From: Fischerella sp. PCC 9605
GTDB taxonomy: Bacteria; Cyanobacteriota; Cyanobacteriia; Cyanobacteriales; Nostocaceae
DNA: 64,000 nt
Direction: 5' to 3'
Assembly: GCF_000517105.1 (NCBI RefSeq)
Contig: NZ_KI912148.1
Location: 2,418,448-2,482,447 of the forward strand
Of the stretch, positions 52,388 to 62,541 are shown one piece after another. The translations under genes were made by a program, and so were the position numbers. Within the stretch, counting starts at the first letter, position 1. Each line of letters starts with the position of its first letter. The notes under the pieces are model-generated. The model did no database searches. It had not been told where the DNA came from and worked only from the letters and a program-made list of their open reading frames with translations.

Positions 52388-53209
52388 ATGAATATCTCGT
52401 CAGCGCGGCAATATTTTTACCAGGAAGTCCAGCAGCCTGATGAGCAGATAGATTTAGCAAGAACAGCTTTATATATAGCCCAAGAAGAATATCCCGACCT
52501 TGACCCAGAAGAATATCTCAATGCCTTTGATACAATGGCAGCGGAGTTAGAAGAACGCTTACCAGTAGAACGGTATCCGCTGCGGGTGATTCAGAATATT
52601 AATAAATATCTCTACACTGATTTGGGATTTACAGGAAATAAGCAAGAGTATTACGACCCCCGCAACAGCTTTTTAAACGATGTGATTGACCGCCGCCTTG
52701 GAATTCCCATTTCTTTGGCACTAGTATATATTGAGATCGCTCGACGAGTTGATTTCCCGATGGTGGGAATAGGAATGCCTGGACATTTCCTCATTCGCCC
52801 CGACCTTTCAGATATAGAGATTTTTGTTGATGCCTTCAATGACGGTGAGATATTGTTCCCCCAAGATTGTCAAGAAAAGCTGACTCAAATCTATCAGCAC
52901 CCTGTGACACTACAACCAGAATTTTTAGCAGCAGTGACAAACAAGCAAATTTTAGCAAGGATGTTGACGAATCTCAAATACATTTACCTAAACCAAAAGG
53001 AATTGGAAAAAGCCCTAGCAGCAGTAGAAAGGATTTTACTGTTATTTCCTGGGTTTGCGTTAGAAGTGCGCGATCGCGGTCTTTTGTGCTATCAACTCGG
53101 TCGTTTTTCCCAAGCCGCCACCGACTTAGAAACTTATCTAACCCAGACTCCAGAAGCACAAGATGCCTACATAATTCGGCGGTTGCTAACTCAGTTGGGT
53201 AGAAACTAG
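52388..53209 (+). CDS. Transglutaminase-like / SirB1-N family protein with a TPR-like C-terminus (UPF0162)
   Basis: RLGIPISLALVYIEIARRVDFPMVGIGMPGHFL is a typical Transglut_core2 Cys-less core. I prefer the in-frame start at 52388 (the ORF track begins at 52355). Confidence 0.6.
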   Translation: MNISSARQYFYQEVQQPDEQIDLARTALYIAQEEYPDLDPEEYLNAFDTMAAELEERLPVERYPLRVIQNINKYLYTDLGFTGNKQEYYDPRNSFLNDVIDRRLGIPISLALVYIEIARRVDFPMVGIGMPGHFLIRPDLSDIEIFVDAFNDGEILFPQDCQEKLTQIYQHPVTLQPEFLAAVTNKQILARMLTNLKYIYLNQKELEKALAAVERILLLFPGFALEVRDRGLLCYQLGRFSQAATDLETYLTQTPEAQDAYIIRRLLTQLGRN

Positions 53210-53320
53210 GGAATTGTTAGTAGTTAGTGGTTATTAGTTAGTGGTTAGTAGTTAGTGGTTAGTGGTTAGTAGTTAGTGGTTGTTAACTATGCCCTATGCC
53301 CTATGCCCTATGCCCACTCC
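53210..53320. repeat. Heptamer array identical in its flanks to 28412-28520 but lacking the 30 bp palindrome (apparent empty site); ATGCCCT x4
   Basis: ttagtggttagtagttagtggttagtggttagtagttagtggttgttaactatgccctatgccctatgccctatgcccactcccc; compare gttagtggttgtagagacgtgccatggcacgtctgtacattggttagtggttagtagttagtggttgttaactatgcccgatgcccactcccc. Confidence 0.8.
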
Positions 53321-53323
53321 CCC

Positions 53324-53794
53324 TCATTCCTGCTGTATCTCCTCTGCTACGCGCTTAAGACGGCGCAGTTGGGCTTGCATATCTTCTTTTGTCCAGTTTT
53401 CGGCAAAGGTTTTGAAATCCCAGCTTACTAGAGGGTTGGGAATTTCAAATTCAAAGCGGTTGAGTAGGCGAGTTTTCTTTTCTATGGGTTGGCACTCCCA
53501 GCGATCGCGGCCTTTAAAAAAACCATCGAATTCCCAAACTACCAACCCTGGTTGTCTTTCCACAACGGTGCTATTCAATGTTGGTTTGATTATGGGTATT
53601 TGAATAACAAAGCGACTTTTACTGCCTTTATCGGTACTCCATTCACCTACAGGTTCACACCGCAATGCAGGGTTGAGCCAGCGGTGCATTAAAATGCGAT
53701 CGGTAATACAGCGCTCAACTACCGCAGCCGAGGCATTAATATCAATTGACTGTTCAAAAAATTGCATCACAGAATTTCGCGTTTTTGATGTCAT
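53324..53794 (-). CDS. SRPBCC (START/Coq10-like) family protein
   Basis: IDINASAAVVERCITDRILMHRWLNP is a typical SRPBCC N-terminus. Start at the internal Met (MTSK). Confidence 0.6.
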   Translation of the reverse strand: MTSKTRNSVMQFFEQSIDINASAAVVERCITDRILMHRWLNPALRCEPVGEWSTDKGSKSRFVIQIPIIKPTLNSTVVERQPGLVVWEFDGFFKGRDRWECQPIEKKTRLLNRFEFEIPNPLVSWDFKTFAENWTKEDMQAQLRRLKRVAEEIQQE

Positions 53795-54358
53795 ATCTGC
53801 ACTCAGACTAACCCAAAATTGACATTCCCCGCGCATGATGTAAAACCTAGCAATTATATAGAACTTGTGTGTGTGACTATAGGACTAGTATTTGATTTTT
53901 GAAAAGATACGTAGGGGAGGCAAAAAGGGGTGTGGATTTTCCTCCCCCTTTATTGCCGTTGCGTTACGCCAAAGGCTAACGCACCATTCTATGTTTTTGG
54001 TGCCGTACTCTCGACGATCGCACACTTAGATTTTTTCAATAATCAAACCGGATTCCTATAGATGACTTTTATGCTTCCGCTATTCTTTGCAAAATTACAG
54101 TCAATCTTACGAATATACATGTATATGTAAATACTAGTCAAGACCTAATAGATAGATATTTTAATTTGTTTTTTCCAACAATAAAAAATAAAAATTTTAA
54201 AAATAATTATTGATATCAATTCCCTGTAAAATTTACTGGTAAATTCCAATGCAAAACACTACGAAGTTATCGGGGTGCAGCATTGTTTAGGGCAATCTAC
54301 TCCGGAAGCATCTACAGTGTTTTCTGCGATAGAACTCAACTTTTAATACCGGAAAACC

Positions 54359-56014
54359 ATGAATACAACTTGGCAAAACATAACCCAAGTGATGGGAGCT
54401 GGTTTGTGGGTTAGGATAGAGAAGTTTTTAGCACAATCACCTACACTACCACCGCAGCAAGGTGCCAATTTCGATACTTATGTGCAGAACACTTTCCAAC
54501 AGGTGATTGCTTTTATGCCCCGCTTACTGGGAGCAGTGTTGATTTTGTTGGTTGGTTGGATCATTGCTGCGATCGCTGCGGCTGTGACGCGAGGAATTCT
54601 CAATCGCACACAGATAGATAATCGCATTGCCGCTGGAGTGATGGGGCGTGAAGATAGTGGGGAACTTCCCCAGGTAGAGAATGTCATCGCCAATTTGGTG
54701 TTTTGGGGTATTCTGCTGCTGACGATAGTGGCCGTATTGGACACGCTTCAGTTGGGCGTAGCTTCTCAACCACTCAATGCTTTTCTCAATCAAATTGGTG
54801 ACTTTTTACCAAGATTGGTAGGTGCAGCAATTTTTTTGGCAGTGGCTTGGTTAGTAGCTACTATTGTCAAACTTCTGGCAACACGAGGACTGCGGGCGTT
54901 AAGAATAGATGAGCGTTTAAATCAACCACGAGACAATACCACTACTCAAAATCAGTTGCCTCTGAGCGATACAATTGGCAATGGCCTGTATTGGTTCATA
55001 TTTTTACTGTTTCTGATTCCGATCCTAGATACTCTGGGGCTACAACAAGCATTACAACCAGTAGAAGCGCTGGTAACGGAAATTATCGCGATTGTGCCGA
55101 ACATTCTTGGTGCGATCATCATTGCCGTTGTTGGCTGGTTTTTAGCGAATGTTGTACGGCGAATTGTGACGAACTTACTAACAAGCACAGGAATTGACAA
55201 TTTAGGAACTCGGCTAGGACTCTCACGCGCAACAGGAGCACAATCTCTTTCGGCAATTATCGGTACAATTGTCTACGTCTTGATTCTGATTCCTGTGGCG
55301 ATCGCAGCACTCAATACCCTACAAATTGCTGCGATTTCAGTGCCGGCGATCGCAATGCTACAGCAAATTCTCAATGCACTCCCCGCCATCTTTACAGCAA
55401 TTGCGATTTTAATTGTTGCTTACTTCGTGGGACGATTCGTTGCGGATCTTGTTACCAGCATTCTTACAAGCATCGGTTTTAACAATATTTTCTCTGTTTT
55501 GGGTTTGACACCACCCTCTAGACGCATTGTTATTCCCCCAGAAGAACCAGCAGCACCGACACCACCAAGCCGTACTCCCTCGGAGATTGTCGGTATAATT
55601 GTATTAGTTGGCATTATGCTGTTTGCGACTGTGGCGGCAGTGAATATCCTCAATATTCCAGCGCTAACAGTACTAGTGAGTGGTATTGTCATCGTACTGG
55701 GGCGGATTTTGGCTGGATTGATCGTATTTGCGATTGGTCTATATCTGGCAAATCTAGCTTTTAGCATCATTTCCAGTTCCGGCAATCCTCAAGCCAGGAT
55801 TTTAGGTCAGTTAGCGCGAATAGCGATCGTTACCTTAGTCGCGGCAATGGCGCTGCAACAAATCGGCGTTGCCCCTGATATTGTGAATTTAGCCTTTGGA
55901 TTGCTACTGGGTGCGATCGCAGTTGCTATTGCCCTTTCCTTTGGTTTGGGAACCCGCGATATTGCCCGAGAGCAAGTCCAACAATGGCTGGAATCTTTCA
56001 AAAATAGAGGCTAG
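54359..56014 (+). CDS. Polytopic membrane protein with repeated 'conserved TM helix' units (MscS-related)
   Basis: At least five repeats of the pattern ....P.L.GAIIIAVVGW.LA..V.R.V... separated by short loops. Confidence 0.6.
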   Translation: MNTTWQNITQVMGAGLWVRIEKFLAQSPTLPPQQGANFDTYVQNTFQQVIAFMPRLLGAVLILLVGWIIAAIAAAVTRGILNRTQIDNRIAAGVMGREDSGELPQVENVIANLVFWGILLLTIVAVLDTLQLGVASQPLNAFLNQIGDFLPRLVGAAIFLAVAWLVATIVKLLATRGLRALRIDERLNQPRDNTTTQNQLPLSDTIGNGLYWFIFLLFLIPILDTLGLQQALQPVEALVTEIIAIVPNILGAIIIAVVGWFLANVVRRIVTNLLTSTGIDNLGTRLGLSRATGAQSLSAIIGTIVYVLILIPVAIAALNTLQIAAISVPAIAMLQQILNALPAIFTAIAILIVAYFVGRFVADLVTSILTSIGFNNIFSVLGLTPPSRRIVIPPEEPAAPTPPSRTPSEIVGIIVLVGIMLFATVAAVNILNIPALTVLVSGIVIVLGRILAGLIVFAIGLYLANLAFSIISSSGNPQARILGQLARIAIVTLVAAMALQQIGVAPDIVNLAFGLLLGAIAVAIALSFGLGTRDIAREQVQQWLESFKNRG

Positions 56015-56016
56015 CA

Positions 56017-56090
56017 CCGCTGCGCGGAAGTCAAAAGTTAAAAGTTAAAAGTCAAAAACAATTTTGTTCTTGGCTTTTGACTTTCTTTTA
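56017..56090. repeat. AAGT(C/T)AA x4 heptamer array plus hairpin
   Basis: ccgctgcgcggaagtcaaaagttaaaagttaaaagtcaaaaacaattttgttcttggcttttgac. Confidence 0.75.
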
Positions 56091-56256
56091 TTTTGTAGGT
56101 TTATTTTCGTCTCTTCACAAATTGTTACAGTATACAAGTACGTATGCAACTTTGAATAAAGAATTGTATTTGTTTAAGGACTGACACCTGTCTGTGTTCA
56201 TATACTGGATACATTAACACCATCATCGTTTGCAAGTTGCACGAGGAGGTCCCAAA

Positions 56257-56457
56257 ATGGTTCACACCTATGAGGTATTGGTTGATATCAAAGAATTTGC
56301 CGACCAAATGAACAATACCTGTCAAAACGGGACAACACGATACGAAATCGACGCAGAATCAAAAGAAAAAGCGGATGGCATGGCTCTTGTCCAGGCTAGA
56401 AGTGACCATCCAAAAGGTACTGAGTATGATGTCAGGGTAACAAGGCTACTCAGATAA
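56257..56457 (+). CDS. Small hypothetical protein (66 aa) with a strong RBS
   Basis: GAGGAGG sits 8 nt upstream of ATG 56257. Protein MVHTYEVLVDIKEFADQ... Confidence 0.45.
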   Translation: MVHTYEVLVDIKEFADQMNNTCQNGTTRYEIDAESKEKADGMALVQARSDHPKGTEYDVRVTRLLR

Positions 56458-56681
56458 AGCCAACACGAATTTAACGGTAGATGTCTTAATTATTCATCTT
56501 GGGCTGCTCTGTTGTGTCGGAAAAGAGTAATTTTTGATTGTGCAGTGCTCCAAGAAATGAATAAAAAACATTTGTTGTTCAGATAAATAGACAGTACGAA
56601 TGCAGAGATGGCTGTTAGCAAAGTTTAAGCCATCACCAAAAATGGCAACAAGCTGTTCATATTGGGACAGCTTGTTGTTTA

Positions 56682-58175
56682 TCAAAGCGAGGGTCTCAAC
56701 TTTGCTCGCAATTCATCCTTAATCCGATTGAGAATCGACGTTTCATCTAGCGTGGCCAAAATCTTATTAACCACTGCTTTTGGGCCTTCGGGCCCCCAGG
56801 TAGCCCCGTTGGCTAAATAAGCTTTGGTGACTTGTCCGATACCATAGGAAGAAACACCAGCAACTCCTGCTTGTGTCAGCGCTACTGATAGATAGGGTGC
56901 AAGGGATGCACCGCCAGTAGCTGGTGCAGAGATGCCAAGTAAGGTTTTCAATGAACTTAAGCCTAAGTTTGCCAGCAGTTCGCTAGCACTAATGCCGCCC
57001 ATACTTAAGGCGATTCTTTGCAGTAATTTTACAGCTCCAGGTTCCGTCATGGGAATGCCATAGACTTTAGATAAACCGAGAATGAGGACAACATCAATCA
57101 CCGCGCCGCTGAGAATATCAACTACCGTCAGAGGATTAAGAGCGATCGCCGCTGCTTTGGTCATCACTACCTTCCAAATCAACTGATTAGCTGCATTCTC
57201 CCGAATCATCAGTTTGCGCTGCACTAAATGCTCATTCACGTTGTCAGCATAAAGCATCGTATTCAGGGCAACCAAGGCTTTACCTTCACGGTGCAAGATT
57301 TCCAAAATTTTCAGCTTCAATTCCTCGACTTGGGCATTACCTTGACGCATCTGCACGCCTCTTGTACCATCGGGGCGTTGAACCAGCGTCCTCACTAGTG
57401 GTGATGCTGCTGCCATGACAATTTCATCCGGTGAGAGCAACTCTCGCACCCGTTCATCGCGGATTTTGTGGTAAATTGCCATCCGATCTGCTTCTGGATA
57501 CTGATCTACTTTGTTAAACACCAGCAAGATGGGTTTACCCGCCTCTCGCAACTGGGAAAGGGCTTCGTGTTCAACTTTCGTCATATCACCAGAAATCACA
57601 AACAGAATTAAATCTGCTTGTTTTGCCACTTGTTCTGCTAAAGCAGCACGGGTTTCACCATCTACTTCGTCTAAACCCGGTGTGTCAATCAATTCCACTT
57701 GCGATTGACCAACTCCGGGTAGGGTGACTCGCAAGGCATGATCCGTCTCCCCAACAGCTTCCTCTGTGATACTCCAATTTACTCGTTGTGCAGTGCGGGT
57801 AACACCGTGCAAAGGCCCTGTTTCAAACACCGCTTGCCCAACTAAAGCATTCAGCAAAGAAGACTTGCCTCGTCCTACCATCCCAAAAGCAGCAATATGC
57901 ACTACCATGCTGTCTAATTTACTCAGCATGGCTTCTAAATCGGTAATTTTCGTCTCCAATCCTGCTTTTTCCTCAACGGTGAGGTCAAGATTAGCTACTA
58001 AATTTCGTAGTGCTGTTTGTGCCTGTTTATAGTTGAGTTCCGCCTGAATATCCTCAAAGCTGAAAATGGCGTTATCCAGCTCTTTCTGCCAATTAAGGGC
58101 ATTGATATCAGTGCGGCTCGCATTGTTGTAAGGAGGTTCAGGAGAGGGTAATTTGGAATCCATATTTATAAACAT
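56682..58175 (-). CDS. GTP-binding protein (Era/EngA-like G domain) with a C-terminal DUF697-type membrane-associated domain
   Basis: G1 GMVGRGKSSLLNAL, G3 DTPGL, G4 NKVD. The C-terminal ~170 aa is Gly/Ala-rich with amphipathic helices, typical of the YcjF/DUF697 family. Confidence 0.65.
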   Translation of the reverse strand: MFINMDSKLPSPEPPYNNASRTDINALNWQKELDNAIFSFEDIQAELNYKQAQTALRNLVANLDLTVEEKAGLETKITDLEAMLSKLDSMVVHIAAFGMVGRGKSSLLNALVGQAVFETGPLHGVTRTAQRVNWSITEEAVGETDHALRVTLPGVGQSQVELIDTPGLDEVDGETRAALAEQVAKQADLILFVISGDMTKVEHEALSQLREAGKPILLVFNKVDQYPEADRMAIYHKIRDERVRELLSPDEIVMAAASPLVRTLVQRPDGTRGVQMRQGNAQVEELKLKILEILHREGKALVALNTMLYADNVNEHLVQRKLMIRENAANQLIWKVVMTKAAAIALNPLTVVDILSGAVIDVVLILGLSKVYGIPMTEPGAVKLLQRIALSMGGISASELLANLGLSSLKTLLGISAPATGGASLAPYLSVALTQAGVAGVSSYGIGQVTKAYLANGATWGPEGPKAVVNKILATLDETSILNRIKDELRAKLRPSL

Positions 58176-58592
58176 TCGTTAGGAATGCGAGATTACCGAT
58201 TTGCAAGGGACGCTATGTTTCGATTCTAGTCCAGGTTGGCAACAGTCACCGTCACTCCTCGGAGGAGGTTTCCACATGCCAATGAAATTTTACTTTACTG
58301 ATTTTAATATGCGAAAATTTTAATCAATTTAATTGATAAAAAATAGTAAATCTGGCGGCTATTGCTCAGAGCAACAGTCAATAAAATCCATAATTAACCT
58401 AGTTGAAGATGAAGGAAATTCAATTGTATTATATTGTTAACTTCAGAGGTTTACTCACAATTTCTTCACAATTAATTTTTACTATATTAATAGTTCTAAA
58501 ACATAAGACTTTTTAGGCGAATAAATAATGCATAAAACCTAAAAATTAATCATGTTTTAGACAGAAGAGAGTTGAACTCTCTGGAGGTAAAT

Positions 58593-59123
58593 ATGAAAAA
58601 TATAGTTTTATACAAAGTTGCTGCTGTAGCGATGGGATCTCTCCTTACTTTCTCAGGTACAGCATTTGCAAGTACATATAAGATTGTAGAAATAACCCGT
58701 ACAAATAGATTGGGTAATGCCGAGATCCTTGTTGCTCAAGTTCCTCGTCACCTTGCTCTCAGAGATATAAAAGCGTATGCAAAATCGCTAGCTGTCGCAG
58801 AAACTACATTAGGGGATGCTTTAGCTGTTGCTCAATCACAAGCTATTGGTGGATCTAAGAAAGGTGCTTTAGCTGAGTCGATTGCTCAGGCTAAAACTTT
58901 GATTGGGAATGCTACTGCTATTTCTGGTTCAACCGCAATCAGCGACAAAAAAGCAGTTGCTAAATCGCTATCTGAAGCAACAACAGTCCTTGGTGATGCA
59001 TTGGCCATAGCACAATCGGATGCTGTTAGCGGGTCTGGCAAACCAGCTCTTGCTAGATCGCTAGCCAGTGCCCAAACATCTGTGGGTAACGCGGCTGCTA
59101 TTGCTCAAAGCAGTGCTAGATAA
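58593..59123 (+). CDS. Secreted Ala-rich repeat protein (member 1 of a three-gene cassette)
   Basis: GGAGG 7 nt upstream of ATG 58593. Signal peptide AVAMGSLLTFSGTAFA, then about three ~40 aa Ala/Ser/Gly-rich repeats (AKSLAVAETTLGDALAVAQS...). Confidence 0.6.
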   Translation: MKNIVLYKVAAVAMGSLLTFSGTAFASTYKIVEITRTNRLGNAEILVAQVPRHLALRDIKAYAKSLAVAETTLGDALAVAQSQAIGGSKKGALAESIAQAKTLIGNATAISGSTAISDKKAVAKSLSEATTVLGDALAIAQSDAVSGSGKPALARSLASAQTSVGNAAAIAQSSAR

Positions 59124-59255
59124 GGTTCATAAGTGATCTAGTTGCAGATGTAGAAAGCTTGATCTTCACGGGAGGCTTTGAGAGGGCGCGCAGAATCCCT
59201 GATTTCAGCGAGGATGGGTGCACCCTCTCGGTTTTTGAATCAGGAGATGAGCAGG

Positions 59256-59753
59256 ATGAAAAACAATCACTTTAGTCAAGTAACTGCTTTAGTGATGGGC
59301 TTGCTGATAATTTTCTCAGGTCAGGCATTATCATTCTCATCTAATCACAAAGACTTAAGTAATGGTAATGCATTGGGTAACTCCGAGTTCGTTGTTGCTC
59401 AAGAGAACGTATCGGTAGGGGTTGCCGTTGCCGTTGCAGTGAAGGTATTGAATCAGGCAGTAAGTGTAGTTCAAACTGTGGCACGGACTGTACCAGTCAA
59501 CGTCCCATCAAAGCACAGAGATATTATCTTACCGAAGCTTATACAGGCACAAAAATCGATGGCTAAAGCTCAAAGTTCAGCTCAGAAGGGGGATAACTTT
59601 CAAGTTGCTACGGCGGTATCTCAAGCAGTAGCCTTCATGGGTGAGGCACAAGGTGAAGCCAAAGGGGATGCTGGCTCTGTGCAGGCAATAACTAAAGCTA
59701 TTGTTAAAGCTAATGAAGCTCTAGGAGCGGCTCAAGCTCAAACTCGGAATTAA
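59256..59753 (+). CDS. Secreted Ala-rich protein (member 2), distantly related to member 1
   Basis: AGGAG 9 nt upstream of ATG 59256. Signal peptide, then the motif ALGNSEFVVAQ (compare RLGNAEILVAQ in member 1) and Ala/Gln-rich segments. Confidence 0.6.
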   Translation: MKNNHFSQVTALVMGLLIIFSGQALSFSSNHKDLSNGNALGNSEFVVAQENVSVGVAVAVAVKVLNQAVSVVQTVARTVPVNVPSKHRDIILPKLIQAQKSMAKAQSSAQKGDNFQVATAVSQAVAFMGEAQGEAKGDAGSVQAITKAIVKANEALGAAQAQTRN

Positions 59754-59812
59754 CCTCTATAGCTCAATGTCAACTACCGCGCTGGCTGGGGAATGAGACT
59801 CAAACAGAGGTG

Positions 59813-60355
59813 ATGAGTATGAAAAAATTGGCTGATTCTTTGAGTGTCTCATTCATCTTACTTGCAGGAATTTTAGGTCTAGTTCAACCTGCTACTTCAT
59901 ATCAATTTTTCGGAGACTACAATCTTCGTTCTCCTCTGGAAAAAATTAATGCATGTCTGGGTAATGACAATATTGTTAAAGCCTTAACAGTTGTATGTAC
60001 AGGTACAAGCAGACAACACTTTAGTAGTTCATCGGATTACCAAGAAAGTGCCATCACTCTCCGCGCAGTTAATCTGAGAAAACCACACATCCTCAAAATT
60101 AATACTTCAGGATCTCAATTACAAGGTAAAATCACCTTCAATAGCAAAGTTATTAAACAGATTCGCAACAAAAGAGTCTATATTGATCTATCACGCTATC
60201 TCTCAGTGGGAAAACACGTAGTGGAAATTTCTGCCCGTTATTCTCCCGCATCATCTTCAGTAAATGTGGAATTTAGCGGTCCCGGTGTCAAAACAACTCA
60301 GCAGACTAGTGGTAGTGGAATATTAAACTACACTCTCAATGTGAGTGTTTACTAG
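59813..60355 (+). CDS. Secreted hypothetical protein (member 3)
   Basis: Signal peptide SFILLAGILGLVQPATS. The mature part is Ser/Thr-rich with 2 Cys. AGAGG lies upstream. Confidence 0.55.
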   Translation: MSMKKLADSLSVSFILLAGILGLVQPATSYQFFGDYNLRSPLEKINACLGNDNIVKALTVVCTGTSRQHFSSSSDYQESAITLRAVNLRKPHILKINTSGSQLQGKITFNSKVIKQIRNKRVYIDLSRYLSVGKHVVEISARYSPASSSVNVEFSGPGVKTTQQTSGSGILNYTLNVSVY

Positions 60356-60589
60356 TTGGATTGCTCAGGCAGAAAGTCACCCTTGTGACTTACTCGGCAG
60401 CGGTACTAGTACAACGTGGCGCAAATAAAGCTACCATTACAAATTGACGAAAAGCCTATTTCATAAGCTTTTTGACTTTTGACTTTTGAATGCGTGACTT
60501 TTGACTTCCGCGCAGCGGTACTAGGCTTTAACCCGATTGATACATTCATCATACTTCAGATTGCTATAACAAAGTCCCGCACAAGGATG

Positions 60590-60705
60590 TCCTATCTACG
60601 AAGGCAATAACCACAGATGCTTGTGCGATCGCTCGTTCGCTAGCCCAAGCAGAATCGGTTTTGGGTAACGCAACAGCTGTAGCTGAATCTAAAACCCGTT
60701 GTTGA
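60590..60705 (+). pseudogene. Orphan 3'-terminal fragment homologous to the C-terminus of the 58593-59123 gene
   Basis: Translates to ...ACAIARSLAQAESVLGNATAVAESKTRC*, compared with ...ALARSLASAQTSVGNAAAIAQSSAR* at the end of member 1. Confidence 0.4.
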
Positions 60706-60765
60706 ATCTAGCTTTCCTTCCTTTTACCAACTAGTTAGGGTTTTTGGTTCTCAAAATGTACTAGA

Positions 60766-61536
60766 GTGAAAAATGCATCTAGTAGCGTTAAGAATTTGAC
60801 TGAATTACCTGTGCGGAAAATAGTAATTGCCGGAAACTGGAAAATGTATAAAACCCAGGCAGAATCCCAAGAGTTTTTAAAAGGATTTCTGCCCAGCTTG
60901 GAGGAAACTCCCCAAGATAGAGAAGTGGTATTGTGTGTCCCCTTCACTGATTTAAACCTTTTGTCCAAGAGTTTGCATGGTAGCCGCATACAACTGGGGG
61001 CGCAAAATGTCCACTGGGAAGATTGTGGAGCCTATACAGGTGAAATTTCCGGGCCGATGTTAACAGAAATTGGGGTGCGCTATGTAGTTATCGGTCATAG
61101 CGAACGACGACAATACTTTGGGGAAACGGATGAAACCGTAAATTTGCGCCTCAAAGCTGCTCAAAAAAATGGTTTAACCCCAATTTTGTGTGTAGGCGAA
61201 ACTAAATTCCAACGAGATGCGGGAGAAACAGAATCACTGATTATCAGTCAGTTGGAAAAAGACTTAGTGGATGTGGATCAGGATAATTTGGCGATCGCTT
61301 ATGAACCGATTTGGGCGATTGGTACTGGTGATACCTGTGAAACCACCGAAGCCAATCGAGTCATCGGTGTAATTCGCAGTCAACTCAAAAACCCTGGTGT
61401 GACGATTCAATACGGCGGTTCAGTTAAACCGAATAATATTGATGAAATCATGGCTCAACCGGAAATTGATGGTGTTCTGGTGGGAGGAGCAAGTCTAGAA
61501 CCTGCGAGTTTTGCCCGGATTGTGAATTACAAGTAG
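60766..61536 (+). CDS. tpiA: Triosephosphate isomerase
   Basis: IAGNWKM, HSERR and [11 protein letters not shown] motifs. The true start may be the GTG at 60811. Confidence 0.9.
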   Translation: MKNASSSVKNLTELPVRKIVIAGNWKMYKTQAESQEFLKGFLPSLEETPQDREVVLCVPFTDLNLLSKSLHGSRIQLGAQNVHWEDCGAYTGEISGPMLTEIGVRYVVIGHSERRQYFGETDETVNLRLKAAQKNGLTPILCVGETKFQRDAGETESLIISQLEKDLVDVDQDNLAIAYEPIWAIGTGDTCETTEANRVIGVIRSQLKNPGVTIQYGGSVKPNNIDEIMAQPEIDGVLVGGASLEPASFARIVNYK

Positions 61537-61544
61537 AATTGGAA

Positions 61545-61655
61545 CCACAAAGACACGAAGGCACGAAGAGTAAACACAAAGATAGTGCTTACAGATTTTT
61601 GTGCTGCTATTTCTTTCCTTTGAGTCTTAGTGTCTTTGTGTTTTTCTATTACTTA
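61545..61655. repeat. CACAAAGACAC / GTGTCTTTGTG inverted-repeat element (terminator-like) downstream of tpiA
   Basis: ggaaccacaaagacacgaaggcacgaag ... gagtcttagtgtctttgtg. Same family as 3800-3885. Confidence 0.7.
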
Positions 61656-61668
61656 GAATTTTCAACTC

Positions 61669-62541
61669 ATGCCAAGGTCAAGCAACTTAATTATTCGCGA
61701 TCGCACCTTTGAATGGGGACAGCGGACTTATTTAATGGGCGTTTTGAATGTTACACCCGATAGTTTTAGTGATGGTGGACAATTCAATGCGATCGCTCCT
61801 GCTTTGGCACAAGCGCAAGCAATGGAAGCTGCTGGAGCAGACATTATTGATATAGGTGGTCAATCGACACGACCGGGAGCAGAGCAAATCTCACCTGCTG
61901 AAGAACTTGACCGTGTTTTGCCAGTATTGCAAGTGTTACGCCAAGAAATTCCCGTACCAATTTCTGTAGATACAACACGCTCGGAAGTAGCAACAGCGGC
62001 AGTGACAGCAGGTGCAGATATAGTTAACGATATTTCTGGAGGCACATTCGACCCGGAAATGTTGCCATCTGTAGCGAAATCAAATGTGCCAATTATTTTA
62101 ATGCATATCCGTGGTATTCCACAGAACATGCAACAAATGACTGATTATCAAGATTTGCTGAGAGAGATTTATAATTTTTTGTTTAAGCAAATTGCGGCAG
62201 CAACAGCTGCGGGTATCAACCAGGATAAAATTATCATTGACCCTGGAATTGGCTTTGCCAAAAATTACGAGCAAAATATAGAAATTTTTCGCCGCTTGCC
62301 AGAATTGCGAAAACTCAACTGCCCTATTTTGGTGGGGCCATCCCGTAAAAGCTTCATTGGTCGGATTCTAAATCAACCAGACCCAAAAGCAAGAGTCTGG
62401 GGAACGGCAGCGGCTTGTTGTGCTGCTATTTTTACAGGTGCTGATATCCTCCGGATTCACGATGTAAAAGAAATGCGCGATGTTTGTTTGGTTGCAGATG
62501 CAATTTTCCGTAAGTCTTCATCAGTTTTGCCTGTGGACTAG
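61669..62541 (+). CDS. folP: Dihydropteroate synthase
   Basis: LMGVLNVTPDSFSDGG, DIIDIGGQSTRPG and SVDT motifs. Confidence 0.9.
   Translation: MPRSSNLIIRDRTFEWGQRTYLMGVLNVTPDSFSDGGQFNAIAPALAQAQAMEAAGADIIDIGGQSTRPGAEQISPAEELDRVLPVLQVLRQEIPVPISVDTTRSEVATAAVTAGADIVNDISGGTFDPEMLPSVAKSNVPIILMHIRGIPQNMQQMTDYQDLLREIYNFLFKQIAAATAAGINQDKIIIDPGIGFAKNYEQNIEIFRRLPELRKLNCPILVGPSRKSFIGRILNQPDPKARVWGTAAACCAAIFTGADILRIHDVKEMRDVCLVADAIFRKSSSVLPVD

Noticed and set aside
54478-55785. Minus-strand ORFs within the TM-helix-repeat membrane protein gene
   Set aside because: Shadow ORFs of a GC-skewed, repeat-containing coding region. The plus-strand product has a clear repeated-domain structure.
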